Shown: one piece after another, positions 30,377-41,274 of the stretch
Numbering within the stretch: position 1 is the stretch's first letter
How the letters are laid out: each line of letters opens with the position of its first letter
IMG/VR virus record: IMGVR_UViG_3300033146_002768
Coordinates: 124,001 to 188,000 of that record
Strand: one strand, 5' to 3'
DNA length: 64,000 nt
Notes under the pieces: model-generated
Told to the model about the DNA's origin: nothing
Seen by the model: only the letters and a program-made list of their open reading frames with translations
The model's database searches: none
Made by a program: the position numbers and the translations under genes

Positions 30377-31920
30377 TAGTCTTCCTTGTAGTAAGTATTT
30401 TTATTTATTACTAATAAATCTATTTTATTATTATCTAACATTTCAAATGCATCTTCATACCAGTTAATAATTGTCTGTCCTTTTATATTAAAGCTTGTAT
30501 TTAATAAACAAGGGATACCAGTTCTTTCTTTGAATTTTTTTAATAACTTATATATAAAAATATTATCTTTTGTAATTGTTTGGATTCGTGTTGTATTGTC
30601 TATATGTTTAACTGCTTTAAAAAGATCAGTTTTATTATACCCCACAATATTCATATAAGGAAAATCTCCTTCTATATCAAAATATTTTGAAAGGTCATCT
30701 TTCAAAATCATAATACCAAACGGTCTAAATTCTTCTCTATGTTTTACTCTTTTATTTAAAATATCTTTCATTTCTTTATTTCTTGGATCACATATTATAG
30801 ATCTATTACCTAAAGATCTTGGTCCAATTTCTATTTCACCTTGAATTAAACCAACTATTTTTTTGTTAATTAATTCATCAATAAGTTTATCTAAGTTTAA
30901 TGGTTCATTAGGTTTATTTGAATTTCCATTTAATTCTGGGCCAGTTATTGGAATAGAAATTTTATTCTTATAACAATTTAGTGCAGCACCTAAACATTGT
31001 CCAACATCACTTGGATAAGGAGTAAAATGATAATGTTCAAACATACCAGATTTTATTAATTTATAATTTAACATAACATTCAAAAAAGAACCTCCGGATA
31101 AACATATGTTATTACTTAAGTATGAATATTTTTTAATTAAAAGAATAATCCTTTTAATCCATTCAACTTGAAATGTATAAGAAAAATCTTTTAAGTTTTT
31201 AACACGTTTAACAATATAAGTATCAACTATATCGATTATTCTTTTATTTATTTTATCACCCATTATAAAAGGATTACTATTTAATATTAAATTAATTATA
31301 TTTAAATATTTATCATTATATTTTCCATAAGAACAATATGCCATAAATTTACCAGCTACATGTCCCTTATGATTAATCCCTTCAACATATTCTGGATTTA
31401 TTTTTTCTAAAACTTTAAATGATACTTTGGAAAAATGATTACCTAAAGGAAATTCAATTTTATCAATTTCTTTAATATTATTATCTTTACCATGAAAAAT
31501 TCCACCATGATTAAATTCTATTGAACCATCACTTCCTCCGTCTAAACTAATAATTAAAGAATCATTAAAATTGCTTGTATAGTATGAACTAGCTCCATGA
31601 CATAAATGGTGAGAATAATATTTAACTTCTTTATATTTAATTTTTCCATTTAAAAAATATTTATCAAATAAATGTTTACTAAAAAATCTTTTTTCTTTTG
31701 CCATTAAATAATTTGGAGAAACACAAATATAATCAAAATCATTTTCTACTTCTATTATTTTTTCAATGAATTTATTTATTATATCTTCTGTCCAATGTTT
31801 AACTTCAAAGTATTTAATCTTAAAATATTTTTCTGCCTCAAAAAAATATTTGACTTTATTATCATTTATAATAACAAACCCACAATCATGAGGAACTAAA
31901 TGTACGCCTAATATTTTCAT
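30376..31920 (-). CDS. O-carbamoyltransferase (NodU/CmcH family)
   Basis: HHLCHGASS, SGGSFLNV, EIGPRSLGNRSI, KHREEFRPF, LNTSFN. Confidence 0.9.
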   Translation of the reverse strand: MKILGVHLVPHDCGFVIINDNKVKYFFEAEKYFKIKYFEVKHWTEDIINKFIEKIIEVENDFDYICVSPNYLMAKEKRFFSKHLFDKYFLNGKIKYKEVKYYSHHLCHGASSYYTSNFNDSLIISLDGGSDGSIEFNHGGIFHGKDNNIKEIDKIEFPLGNHFSKVSFKVLEKINPEYVEGINHKGHVAGKFMAYCSYGKYNDKYLNIINLILNSNPFIMGDKINKRIIDIVDTYIVKRVKNLKDFSYTFQVEWIKRIILLIKKYSYLSNNICLSGGSFLNVMLNYKLIKSGMFEHYHFTPYPSDVGQCLGAALNCYKNKISIPITGPELNGNSNKPNEPLNLDKLIDELINKKIVGLIQGEIEIGPRSLGNRSIICDPRNKEMKDILNKRVKHREEFRPFGIMILKDDLSKYFDIEGDFPYMNIVGYNKTDLFKAVKHIDNTTRIQTITKDNIFIYKLLKKFKERTGIPCLLNTSFNIKGQTIINWYEDAFEMLDNNKIDLLVINKNTYYKED

Positions 31921-32798
31921 ATATATCCTCGTTCTCTTATATTACACCAGTAACTATTAAAATATCTTAAACAATCATTACATCTTATACAACTCAAATC
32001 ATTAGCCGCAGAAGGGAATAAAATAAAATTCATCATCTTTAGCATATTACTTTCATTCAATTTAGCTCTATCAGAATATGTCCAACTAATAGGACATCTT
32101 AATATCTCTTCATTTACAAAATCAAGTGTGGGGTGTATTTGAGAATTACCACATGCTTGTCTATGTAATGATAATGTTTTTTCGCTTGAACTAAATGCTT
32201 TCTTTAACATATCAAAGGTATCAGGTAATACATTATCTAACTTATAAACAGAATCATATAATTCTTTAAACTGAGATCTAGTTATTATATAATCTAAATC
32301 TCCATCAAACTCTCCCTTTTGTAAAAATGGAATTAAGTTAAATTTCATTAAAGGATATCTCTGACATTTATTTAAAACATCTTTATAATTCTTTGCATGA
32401 ACTGGTTGAAATATTTGTATTTTTTCATCGCAAATATCATGTGGTATATCTTCCTTAACTTCTATATTAGGATGATACCCAACCCAATCAATTTTATCAT
32501 ACCATCTATCAAAATAACCTTTATCAATAAATAGTCCATTAGTGTTAACTCTTATTTTATGACAATCACATACTTCTTCAAATATGTATTCAAGAATATC
32601 AATATCAACTAATCCAGGTTCTCCGCCTGTTAATGTAAACACAGGAAATAGATCATCTCTACCATTAACCATTGGAAAATATTTTTCAATTAATGATTTA
32701 TTAGCTTGTTTTGGATTTACTAATTGTCCTATATCACAATAGAAGCAATCCTTATCACATTCTTCAGTTAGAAATAAAACTAGTCTATGAGCTTTCAT
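31917..32798 (-). CDS. radical SAM protein
   Basis: CDKDCFYC, TGGEPG, NTNG. Confidence 0.9.
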   Translation of the reverse strand: MKAHRLVLFLTEECDKDCFYCDIGQLVNPKQANKSLIEKYFPMVNGRDDLFPVFTLTGGEPGLVDIDILEYIFEEVCDCHKIRVNTNGLFIDKGYFDRWYDKIDWVGYHPNIEVKEDIPHDICDEKIQIFQPVHAKNYKDVLNKCQRYPLMKFNLIPFLQKGEFDGDLDYIITRSQFKELYDSVYKLDNVLPDTFDMLKKAFSSSEKTLSLHRQACGNSQIHPTLDFVNEEILRCPISWTYSDRAKLNESNMLKMMNFILFPSAANDLSCIRCNDCLRYFNSYWCNIRERGYI

Positions 32799-33765
32799 TT
32801 ATCCATCCTGGTATAAAATTAAATACTTTTATACACTTTTCTTTATTTGTTAATAAATCTAAATGACTCCAGAAAAATTTAGGTGTCGAATGTTCATATG
32901 CACAATGTTTTGAAGTGCATAAAATTTTATCTGTTTTATTTATTATATCTTTATATGAATAATCTAAATTATAATTTCTATTTCTTATACTAAAACAAGG
33001 ATTTATAGAACCATCAACTTCAATTAATAAACTTCTAGTATAGGCTAAACATATAAACCCTTTAAAATTTCTATTATAAATTCTTTTATGTTTTAAAATG
33101 TATTTATCATTTTTAAAATAAACACTCTTAATAAAATCAGTTCTTAATTCTACATCATCTTTTATATCAGGATCTATTTTAGTACTTTCATATAGATTAT
33201 CTCTAACAGTTTTATATACTAATAAAAAATCTGAATCATCCTTAAAAATATCTTTCATTTTATTATACTCTGAAATACATTCTTTTGATTCAATCATAAA
33301 TGCTAATTCTATTGGGATATTTAAATCTCTTAATTGTTTACATTTATATATAAACTTATTAAAATTAATAAATTTTTTATGATAACTAACATACATATTA
33401 AAATCTATATCATTCATTATATGAGCAAGTGTTTTATAAGTATGTAAATTAGCAGTAGCATTAGTTAGTAAACATAACGATGCTTTTTTAAATTTTAATA
33501 CAGAGGATAAATTTTTCATGAATGGTATAAAATAAGGATATATAGTAGGTTCACCACCTGTAATTAAAATATCTAATTCTATATTGTTATCAATATCTTC
33601 AATAAAATTTAAAAATTTATTAGTTATATCATAGTCGGTTTTAATTGAGTTATCTCTTATACCACAATAATCACATTTATAATTACAATTCAATGTAAGG
33701 TGATATGTTATTCTTAACTTTTTAGATTCTGCATCACCATAGTATATTAAATTATCAGTTCTCAC
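32785..33765 (-). CDS. radical SAM protein (twitch-like)
   Basis: CNYKCDYC, TGGEPT, DGSINPC. Confidence 0.9.
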   Translation of the reverse strand: MRTDNLIYYGDAESKKLRITYHLTLNCNYKCDYCGIRDNSIKTDYDITNKFLNFIEDIDNNIELDILITGGEPTIYPYFIPFMKNLSSVLKFKKASLCLLTNATANLHTYKTLAHIMNDIDFNMYVSYHKKFINFNKFIYKCKQLRDLNIPIELAFMIESKECISEYNKMKDIFKDDSDFLLVYKTVRDNLYESTKIDPDIKDDVELRTDFIKSVYFKNDKYILKHKRIYNRNFKGFICLAYTRSLLIEVDGSINPCFSIRNRNYNLDYSYKDIINKTDKILCTSKHCAYEHSTPKFFWSHLDLLTNKEKCIKVFNFIPGWINESS

Positions 33766-33775
33766 AATATCTTCC

Positions 33776-34495
33776 TTAATATAAATTTAGAATAGGTTTT
33801 TCTTTTTTATAATTTCCAAGAGCTTCTTTCCAAGTTTTAGATATATGATGTTTTGTTGTTATTACTTTATTCTTTTTAGAGTTATCTAATATGCCACAAA
33901 ATTTACATATCTTTTTTTTCTGTTGTAATATAGTTGATTGATTAATATCTTTCATTCTTTTAATTCCTATATCAAATCCAAATACTCTATCAATTGTTGC
34001 AGCAACTCCACAAACATAAAATCCATATCTATTAAATCCTAGTCCACAATCAATTTCATTTATACATATTTCTTTATAATTATTTTTGATTTTAGAATAT
34101 TCATCGTTATCAACAGGCGCTTCAAAGAAATTAAAAAAAGGATCGGGTCCTAATTTCTTATTAGTATTTTCTAAAATAATATTTTTAGAACGATGTAATA
34201 TATTTAATCTACTTGATTCTTTTACTCCATTTGTTATAACTGTAATATTTGAAGATGTATCGTTTAACATTGTTATGATATATATTAAATCATTTCTCAA
34301 TGTAGGTTCGCCACCCAATAAATTTATATTAGTCCATTTAAAATTTAAATCATACGTTTCAATAACAAACTTCTCTAATTGTTTTATTGACATCTCTTCA
34401 TCACTCGGAGCTAAATCTTTACTACATGCTCTATTACAATTAAAGCAAGATAAATTACATTTTATTAATAATTCTATTTCAATATTAGTTAACAT
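33776..34495 (-). CDS. radical SAM protein
   Basis: CNLSCFNC, GGEPT, ITNG. Confidence 0.85.
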   Translation of the reverse strand: MLTNIEIELLIKCNLSCFNCNRACSKDLAPSDEEMSIKQLEKFVIETYDLNFKWTNINLLGGEPTLRNDLIYIITMLNDTSSNITVITNGVKESSRLNILHRSKNIILENTNKKLGPDPFFNFFEAPVDNDEYSKIKNNYKEICINEIDCGLGFNRYGFYVCGVAATIDRVFGFDIGIKRMKDINQSTILQQKKKICKFCGILDNSKKNKVITTKHHISKTWKEALGNYKKEKPILNLY

Positions 34496-34498
34496 TAT

Positions 34499-35299
34499 TT
34501 ATACCTTTATATTATTAATAAAATGAAAGCAGGTGTTACATACATCACTATTATCAAATTTTATTTTTAACATGTCATTTAAATTATTGATTGTTAAATC
34601 TATACTTGCTGAATTTGTATGACTACAAACACATTTTTTAATTTTACCATAAACTAAATCTATAGAAAAATCATTACTTTTCTCTCGACAAATTTTTCGA
34701 TATTTTTCTTGTTTATTCCATATCATTAAAATTTTAAAAAATAAGTTTTTAGAATAAATAGTCGCATTTTTATTTTTTATAATTTTATAAATAGTTTGAT
34801 AATCATCATGATTCAATTCAAATTTAGATTGTTTTAATTTAGAATCATATGGAGATATTTCAAAAGTTATATCTTTATATCTATTTAAAAAATCATCTAA
34901 CAAATAAATATTTTGTTTATGAACTGGAAAATGATAATTTATATTTTTAATATCATATGGATTAAATTCTTCATTTATTTCAGATACTGGATGACACATT
35001 ATAGTGTTGATGTATTCTTTATATTTCTTATAATATCTTTGAATAAATAATCCATTTGTATTAACATGTATATTTTTAGTTTGTAATATTTCAAATATAT
35101 AATCTAAAATAGTTTCACTTAATAATCCTATTTCTCCACCAGTTAAAACAACTTTATCTATACTAGATTTATCTCTAATAATTGGTAGGTATTTTTTTAA
35201 ATATATTAACGGAGGTTTATTGCGTTTCTTTAAATTTCCTATATCACAATATTTACATTTTCTATTACATTGTTCAGTTAAGAAAAGTGTTAGTTTCAT
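34499..35299 (-). CDS. radical SAM protein, paralog of 31917
   Basis: LFLTEQCNRKCKYCDIG, TGGEIG. Confidence 0.9.
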   Translation of the reverse strand: MKLTLFLTEQCNRKCKYCDIGNLKKRNKPPLIYLKKYLPIIRDKSSIDKVVLTGGEIGLLSETILDYIFEILQTKNIHVNTNGLFIQRYYKKYKEYINTIMCHPVSEINEEFNPYDIKNINYHFPVHKQNIYLLDDFLNRYKDITFEISPYDSKLKQSKFELNHDDYQTIYKIIKNKNATIYSKNLFFKILMIWNKQEKYRKICREKSNDFSIDLVYGKIKKCVCSHTNSASIDLTINNLNDMLKIKFDNSDVCNTCFHFINNIKV

Positions 35300-35946
35300 A
35301 ATAAATTTACCTTTTTCATTTCATCATATATTACATTTGCCCAATAATAATGACCTTCTTCAAGAGGATGATCCCACGGTGCCTTTGGAAATTTTCTTAA
35401 TCTATAAAACATATCACAATTTTTTTTATTAAAATCTAAGTAAAATTTTAAATTAATATTCTTCATAAAAATATTATCATCTTCTATATTATTAGATAAA
35501 GCATTAAAGAAAAAATATTTTATATTTCTAGACTTTAAAAATTCTTGAAATAAAAATAATTTATAACTAAATTCAATATCGGTAGTTTTTTTATCATATA
35601 TATATTTATAAAATGATTTAGCTTTTAATTTAATTATTGAATCATTGGTACTTGTTTCATGAGAGTTATGAAGTATTTGTTTAAATTTACCTTTATACAT
35701 TATTTCAAATCTATCTGGGTTTGACCAACCAATTATAATAATTAATTTTTTAGGATTATTATTTAAAATCCATTCAGTTGTTGTTCTTATTATTCTATTA
35801 TTACTACTCCCAGATTTAGCATCATTCAATATTATTGTATTTATTTTTTTTGATAAAATACCTGGCCAGCAAAATTTTTCTCTATGAAGATTTTCTTCTT
35901 TTAATTCTTCACCATAAGTAAAACTACAACCATTAACATATATCAT
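35296..35946 (-). CDS. SGNH/GDSL-like hydrolase or acyltransferase
   Basis: NGCSFTYG, AKSGSSN, DHPLEEGH. Confidence 0.7.
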   Translation of the reverse strand: MIYVNGCSFTYGEELKEENLHREKFCWPGILSKKINTIILNDAKSGSSNNRIIRTTTEWILNNNPKKLIIIIGWSNPDRFEIMYKGKFKQILHNSHETSTNDSIIKLKAKSFYKYIYDKKTTDIEFSYKLFLFQEFLKSRNIKYFFFNALSNNIEDDNIFMKNINLKFYLDFNKKNCDMFYRLRKFPKAPWDHPLEEGHYYWANVIYDEMKKVNLL

Positions 35947-35957
35947 TATTAAATTCC

Positions 35958-36062
35958 TTATTTATAAATAAATGGATCTTTTTTTTTAGATTTTCTTTTT
36001 TTAATTATATATTTAATTTCTAAAATAAAGTCTATCCATAATTCTATTATTTTTTTAATCAT
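35958..36062 (-). CDS. 34-aa carbamoyltransferase-associated peptide (not in ORF track)
   Basis: MIKKIIELWIDFILEIKYIIKKRKSKKKDPFIYK; start overlaps the upstream gene end. Confidence 0.6.
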   Translation of the reverse strand: MIKKIIELWIDFILEIKYIIKKRKSKKKDPFIYK

Positions 36063-37512
36063 GATTAAATACCTTTATATTGTGGTCTATTCCAAATTGG
36101 ATTGCATCCGATGAATTATTTACTAATGGTTGTCCTTTAACATTTAAACTAGTATTTAATAACATTGGGCATCCAGTCTTTTTATAAAATTCATTTATTA
36201 AATTCCAATAACCAGGACTTTCTTTTTTATTAACTGTATGAACTCTTGATGTATTATCAACATGAACTATAGCAGGAAATTTATCAGGATACTTACATGT
36301 CATTACATATTGCATGTAAGGACTTTTAGAAATAATCATATTAAAATATTCAGCGGCATATTCCTCTAATATAGATGGTGAAAAAGGTCGAAACTTTTGA
36401 CGATGTTTAATGTCGTTAATTTTATCTTTTATATTATTCCCACGAGGATCAGCTAATAAAGATCTATTACCAAATGCTCTTGGTCCAAATTCTGCTCGAC
36501 CATTTGCAACTCCAACAATATTACCTTTTAACAATTCTTCTAATAAAGATTTAACTGGATAATCACCTTTAATATTATGACCAAGATAAGGTCCTTTCCA
36601 ATTTAATCTTCCATTAATTAATGAAGCGGCTCCTATAGAAGACCCCGAATCACCTGGATTAGGCATTATCCAAATGTCATTAAAATATTTAGGTATTAAT
36701 CTATTAGCTAAACAATTTAAAGCAACTCCGCCACAATAAACTAAATTTTTTGAATTAGATATATGTTTAGATTGTTTAATAATATTTTCAATTACTTCTT
36801 CTGTAACTTGTTGAATTGAAGCTGCTATATCTTTTAGATAAGCTCCTTGTAGATAATCATTTGGAATTCCTTTATGACAATTTATTTTAAGTTTAAAAAA
36901 TTTATCTTTAATAAAATCCTTTTTAATTTTATCAGCATAAGATGGATACCCCCAACCAGCCATTCCCATTAAAATATATTCATCTTCATTTGGTTTTAAA
37001 CCACATCGTTGAGAAAATGCTGAATATAATATTCCTAATGAATGAGGATAATTAACTTTTTTCAATAATTTTAAATCATCTTTATTTCCTTCCCATATAC
37101 TTAAAGTAGACCATTCACCAATAGAATCTATACAAACAATAACAGCATTATCAAATGGAGAAGTAAAATAACTTGCAGCAGCATGACATTTATGATGATC
37201 CAAATATTTAATTGGAGTTTTAGGAAAATCAAATTGTTTAAAATAATTATGAAATATATTTTTAGTTTGAAATACTTCATTATATTGACCAGCAAATAAC
37301 TGTCTTGTTTTCTTTAAATATGGTTTTTCATAAAAAGCTATAACATCAGGAGTACCAAATCTTAAAGATTCATTTAATATTTCTTGGTTTAAATATAGAT
37401 CATTTTTTATACCAGAATATCGTTCTGAATGAGCAGCAAATAATATTTCATTGTCGTCTATTAATGCAATTGATGCATCATGACTTAGTGCATTTATTCC
37501 TAATACTTTCAT
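36055..37512 (-). CDS. O-carbamoyltransferase (NodU/CmcH family)
   Basis: SHDAS, HHKCHAA, GGVALNC, EFGPRAFGNRS, LNTSLN. Confidence 0.92.
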   Translation of the reverse strand: MKVLGINALSHDASIALIDDNEILFAAHSERYSGIKNDLYLNQEILNESLRFGTPDVIAFYEKPYLKKTRQLFAGQYNEVFQTKNIFHNYFKQFDFPKTPIKYLDHHKCHAAASYFTSPFDNAVIVCIDSIGEWSTLSIWEGNKDDLKLLKKVNYPHSLGILYSAFSQRCGLKPNEDEYILMGMAGWGYPSYADKIKKDFIKDKFFKLKINCHKGIPNDYLQGAYLKDIAASIQQVTEEVIENIIKQSKHISNSKNLVYCGGVALNCLANRLIPKYFNDIWIMPNPGDSGSSIGAASLINGRLNWKGPYLGHNIKGDYPVKSLLEELLKGNIVGVANGRAEFGPRAFGNRSLLADPRGNNIKDKINDIKHRQKFRPFSPSILEEYAAEYFNMIISKSPYMQYVMTCKYPDKFPAIVHVDNTSRVHTVNKKESPGYWNLINEFYKKTGCPMLLNTSLNVKGQPLVNNSSDAIQFGIDHNIKVFNHD

Positions 37513-38432
37513 AATATATCCATTATTAATTCATGTTCATTATAAACTAATTTATCGAGTATATCTTCTTGAGATAAATTTATGATTTGTTCTTTGTTAT
37601 CATCAATGTTAAACAGTTTTAAATAGTAATGGAGTCCATCATTAAACGTTTTATTTTTTGGAGAGTAATATACAGGTTTATTTAAATAACAAAACTCAAA
37701 TATTAACTTACCTATATTCTCCACAAAAATTCCTGTACATACTTCGATCCATCTTTGATATATGTATGAATTACAACCATGAGGTAATAACTTATCATTA
37801 CTAATATTTAAATGAGTTAAGTCACACCAGCTTATAATTTTTTGTTCATTAAAATAACTTTTGAATGTCCCCATATGTGCTTGTTTATTTTCATTTATAT
37901 CTCTACTAGTAACTAAATCTTTATCAATACTAGTTAATGACTTTTCAATATGATTTAATCTATTAATACTAAATTTATGATAATGAATAATAAACTTATC
38001 TACATATTGTTCGAATCGTTTATTGCTTGGGTTACCTAGAAGTGTTATTTGATCACAAAATATATGATTCTTAATATCAAACATATCATCAATATAATTA
38101 TTATGATATGAAATATATAATTGAGAAGTATCTAATAATATTAAGTGGTTACAATATATTTTAAAATTTGTCTTCTTTAAAAATCTTAATGTATTTGTTG
38201 TTGTGATAATAGTATCCGATCTCACTTCATCAGTTACTAATCTATCAACAAATTTTTGTGGAGAATCTTGAAGATTCTTTTTAATTTGATTCATCAATGA
38301 TTTAAAATCTGTGTTATATAATTTTAATACAAATTCTACATTAATCTGTTTTCTTAAACATAAATATAAATCTATAATTGTAGTATCAGATCCAGATATA
38401 GATCCTTTAAAAAATTCAAATATAGTTATCAT
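37509..38432 (-). CDS. divergent GT-B glycosyltransferase-like protein
   Basis: ENIGKLIFE resembles the GT4 E-x7-E motif; paralog of 38429. Confidence 0.45.
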   Translation of the reverse strand: MITIFEFFKGSISGSDTTIIDLYLCLRKQINVEFVLKLYNTDFKSLMNQIKKNLQDSPQKFVDRLVTDEVRSDTIITTTNTLRFLKKTNFKIYCNHLILLDTSQLYISYHNNYIDDMFDIKNHIFCDQITLLGNPSNKRFEQYVDKFIIHYHKFSINRLNHIEKSLTSIDKDLVTSRDINENKQAHMGTFKSYFNEQKIISWCDLTHLNISNDKLLPHGCNSYIYQRWIEVCTGIFVENIGKLIFEFCYLNKPVYYSPKNKTFNDGLHYYLKLFNIDDNKEQIINLSQEDILDKLVYNEHELIMDIL

Positions 38433-39319
38433 AATAACTCCAATATAAAATCATCATTATTATATACCAGTTTTTGTTCTATATCATATGGAGATATATT
38501 TAAAGATTGATCTATTGAGTCATCAATATTAAATAAACTTAAGTAATGATGAAGTCCGTCATCAATGGATTTATTCTTACATGAATAATAAACAAATTTA
38601 TTAAAATATAGAAATTCAAAAATTAACTTCCCAATATTTTCTATAAAAACATTTGGTTGTATTTCATACCATCGTTGATATAAGAATGATGAACACCCGT
38701 GAGGATATGTAGTATAACTATTTTTTAAATGACTAAAATCATAATTATTTATACTCTTATTATATTTATTAAAATATTTTTTAAATTGAACAACATGACA
38801 ATAATCTTCTTCATCAAAATTTAATTTAGTTGTTAATGATTTACTAATAGGAGTAAACTTATCCATTATATATTCTAATCGGTCACTGCTAAATTTATGA
38901 TAATATTCAACAAAATCAATATCTTCAAATAAATCATTACTAGGATTTCCAAAGAAAATTATTTTGTTAGCATAAATATTCTCCATAGGAAATTCTTTAT
39001 AATTCATAACACCTGCTGAATCTAGAATGATTAATTTATCGCAATATAATTTAATATCAGTTTGAGTTAATGTATAGAAATTAGTTATAATAGTATTTGT
39101 ATTATCAATTCTACTTTTTACAAATTCATTTATTATTCCTAAATGAGATTCACAAAAATTTTTATGAAAGTCATCTAATAAATTTCTAAAGTCATTTGGT
39201 GTTGATAGTTTATATGCCAACTTCACATCAAACTTATCTCTAAGAAAGAAGTATAAATCTATCATAGAAGTATTAGTTCCATTAATACCTCCAGAGTATA
39301 AATCAAATATTGTAATCAT
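38429..39319 (-). CDS. divergent GT-B glycosyltransferase-like protein
   Basis: N-terminal SGGING loop, ENIGKLIFE. Confidence 0.45.
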   Translation of the reverse strand: MITIFDLYSGGINGTNTSMIDLYFFLRDKFDVKLAYKLSTPNDFRNLLDDFHKNFCESHLGIINEFVKSRIDNTNTIITNFYTLTQTDIKLYCDKLIILDSAGVMNYKEFPMENIYANKIIFFGNPSNDLFEDIDFVEYYHKFSSDRLEYIMDKFTPISKSLTTKLNFDEEDYCHVVQFKKYFNKYNKSINNYDFSHLKNSYTTYPHGCSSFLYQRWYEIQPNVFIENIGKLIFEFLYFNKFVYYSCKNKSIDDGLHHYLSLFNIDDSIDQSLNISPYDIEQKLVYNNDDFILELL

Positions 39320-39888
39320 AATAACACCTCAATATCTATTCTTTCTCCACCTTGAAATTCAGTAATTCCAAAATTAGTTTCTAATATACCTTTATAAAAT
39401 CTATCAGAAACATTATATGGAAAAGTAAATATACTTGGAGATATTTGTAAATGTTTTTCAAATTCTTTAAACATTTTCTCTGAATCATTATTTATATATT
39501 CGCATTTGTATCTTAAATTATTTATTAATCTAAGGTCTGTATGACTGTGACTATGTCCACTTATAATAGTATTGTCTAAAGAATTAATAAATTTTATCTG
39601 ACTCCAATTCATATAATTTTCATAGTTTCCTGATTTAGCTTTTAACATAGCATCTTGACAAGTTATAAAGTCCCAACTTTGTGGTTCGCCTGTTGAGTTA
39701 ACTACCCCTGTAGGTATATTAAAAATAAGTGTAGTATCTAAATCATATAAATCAGGAAGAAATAAATATTGAGTCATTAATGCATCATCAAAACTAAGAA
39801 TATAATCCTCTAAAGACAAACATAAATATTCTTCTTTAAATTCATGTATCATTAATACTGGTTTATCTATATTCTTTTTTGTATACAT
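39316..39888 (-). CDS. polysaccharide deacetylase (NodB/CE4-like)
   Basis: LSFDDA, GHSHSH, FTFPY. Confidence 0.8.
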   Translation of the reverse strand: MYTKKNIDKPVLMIHEFKEEYLCLSLEDYILSFDDALMTQYLFLPDLYDLDTTLIFNIPTGVVNSTGEPQSWDFITCQDAMLKAKSGNYENYMNWSQIKFINSLDNTIISGHSHSHTDLRLINNLRYKCEYINNDSEKMFKEFEKHLQISPSIFTFPYNVSDRFYKGILETNFGITEFQGGERIDIEVLL

Positions 39889-40435
39889 ACCATAACCCCG
39901 ATTTATTTCCTTGATCTAAAAAAATTTTATTATAATTAATAAATAAACTATTTAATGTTTTAATTATATCTTTTGGATTTTTTAATCCAATCGGTCCACA
40001 TATTATAGACTCTTTAGATTTTAATTTTGGTTTACTTAATATCAATAATTTAGATAATCTTTTAAAATCATAAAATGAATCAACCATAATTAAATCTATA
40101 CTCTTATCACTAAAATTATTTATTGAGTTTAATACATCATCTTTTATTGTTTTTACATATTTATTAATTTTATATTTTTTGATATTTTTTTTCAAAGTAT
40201 TTTTCATATTATATTCATCTATATCTATACAATAAACTTCTAATTTCTTATAAATAATATATGGAGATATACTACAAATTGATCTACCTTTATAATTGCC
40301 ACATTCTACTAATGTTGAATTATCTGGGATCAAATCTAATAGCGCCCAATATCCTAATACTGATGTATAATCAAACCACCCTTCTGGCAATCCTTCATAT
40401 AATATTTTTGGATATATATTGCGAGCTTGAATCAT
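39863..40435 (-). CDS. class I SAM-dependent methyltransferase
   Basis: LVECGNYKGRS, YCIDI, SIDLIMVD. Confidence 0.75.
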   Translation of the reverse strand: MIQARNIYPKILYEGLPEGWFDYTSVLGYWALLDLIPDNSTLVECGNYKGRSICSISPYIIYKKLEVYCIDIDEYNMKNTLKKNIKKYKINKYVKTIKDDVLNSINNFSDKSIDLIMVDSFYDFKRLSKLLILSKPKLKSKESIICGPIGLKNPKDIIKTLNSLFINYNKIFLDQGNKSGLWYVYKKEYR

Positions 40436-41256
40436 ATAAATTGCCTCACTATTTCATCGTCTTTATTTAAGTATCTATTTTTTAATCCGTTCATATTTAA
40501 ATCAATATTTCTATAATAACTTCCATCCTTCCATATCGGTATATTATTATAGATTATATTTTTTTCATAAAAATAAGATTCATGCATTAATCTTGGTCTT
40601 GGATCCCACCATTTAGCTGCATGGTAATACCAAAAAATATCAAACAATTCAAATAAATTATTTTTATGTTTATGAGTTTTAAATATACATTGTTTTTTAG
40701 AAATTCCCCATTCTTTTAAAAAACTATAATCATCGCTTTCAGGAGAATGTATAAAAAATTTATCGTCAGATTTTCTTAATGGTTTATATCTATCAAATAA
40801 AAATTTCATATTATATTGAAAATCTTTATAAACGAATGGCATTTCCCCATAATAATTTACACAACCTTCTGGATATAAATTTTTATTAATTAAATACTTT
40901 TTATCCTCAGTATGTAAATCTGATAAAATAAAAATTTTTGATTTATTATCTTTGATATTAATAAGACCTTGAACTGCATTTATAGTTCCATAATCTAAAA
41001 TTAACAATTTATTGAATTTAAATTTTAATAGATCTTTTTTCTTTATAGAAATAATGTTAATCTCCCAATCTAAATCATCTAAGTAATATCTTTCTTTAAT
41101 AATACTAATGAGTTCTTTTTGAAAAATTGAATTATAATTAATAATTAATAATTTAAAATCTTTATTAAATTCTAAAATACTTAAATAATATTCAACAAGA
41201 TCTATTACGGCACCATGTATATTATTTATATAATTATTAAATAAAATAGCATTCAT
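40432..41256 (-). CDS. divergent GT-B-like protein
   Basis: DPRPRLMHE resembles D/E-x7-E; cluster context. Confidence 0.4.
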   Translation of the reverse strand: MNAILFNNYINNIHGAVIDLVEYYLSILEFNKDFKLLIINYNSIFQKELISIIKERYYLDDLDWEINIISIKKKDLLKFKFNKLLILDYGTINAVQGLINIKDNKSKIFILSDLHTEDKKYLINKNLYPEGCVNYYGEMPFVYKDFQYNMKFLFDRYKPLRKSDDKFFIHSPESDDYSFLKEWGISKKQCIFKTHKHKNNLFELFDIFWYYHAAKWWDPRPRLMHESYFYEKNIIYNNIPIWKDGSYYRNIDLNMNGLKNRYLNKDDEIVRQFI

Positions 41257-41274
41257 TATAGTTCCTTATATTCT

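Noticed and set aside
25918-35432. Plus-strand ORFs inside the minus-strand block (e.g. 25918, 26475, 27746, 34086)
   Set aside because: Antisense shadows of well-supported genes.
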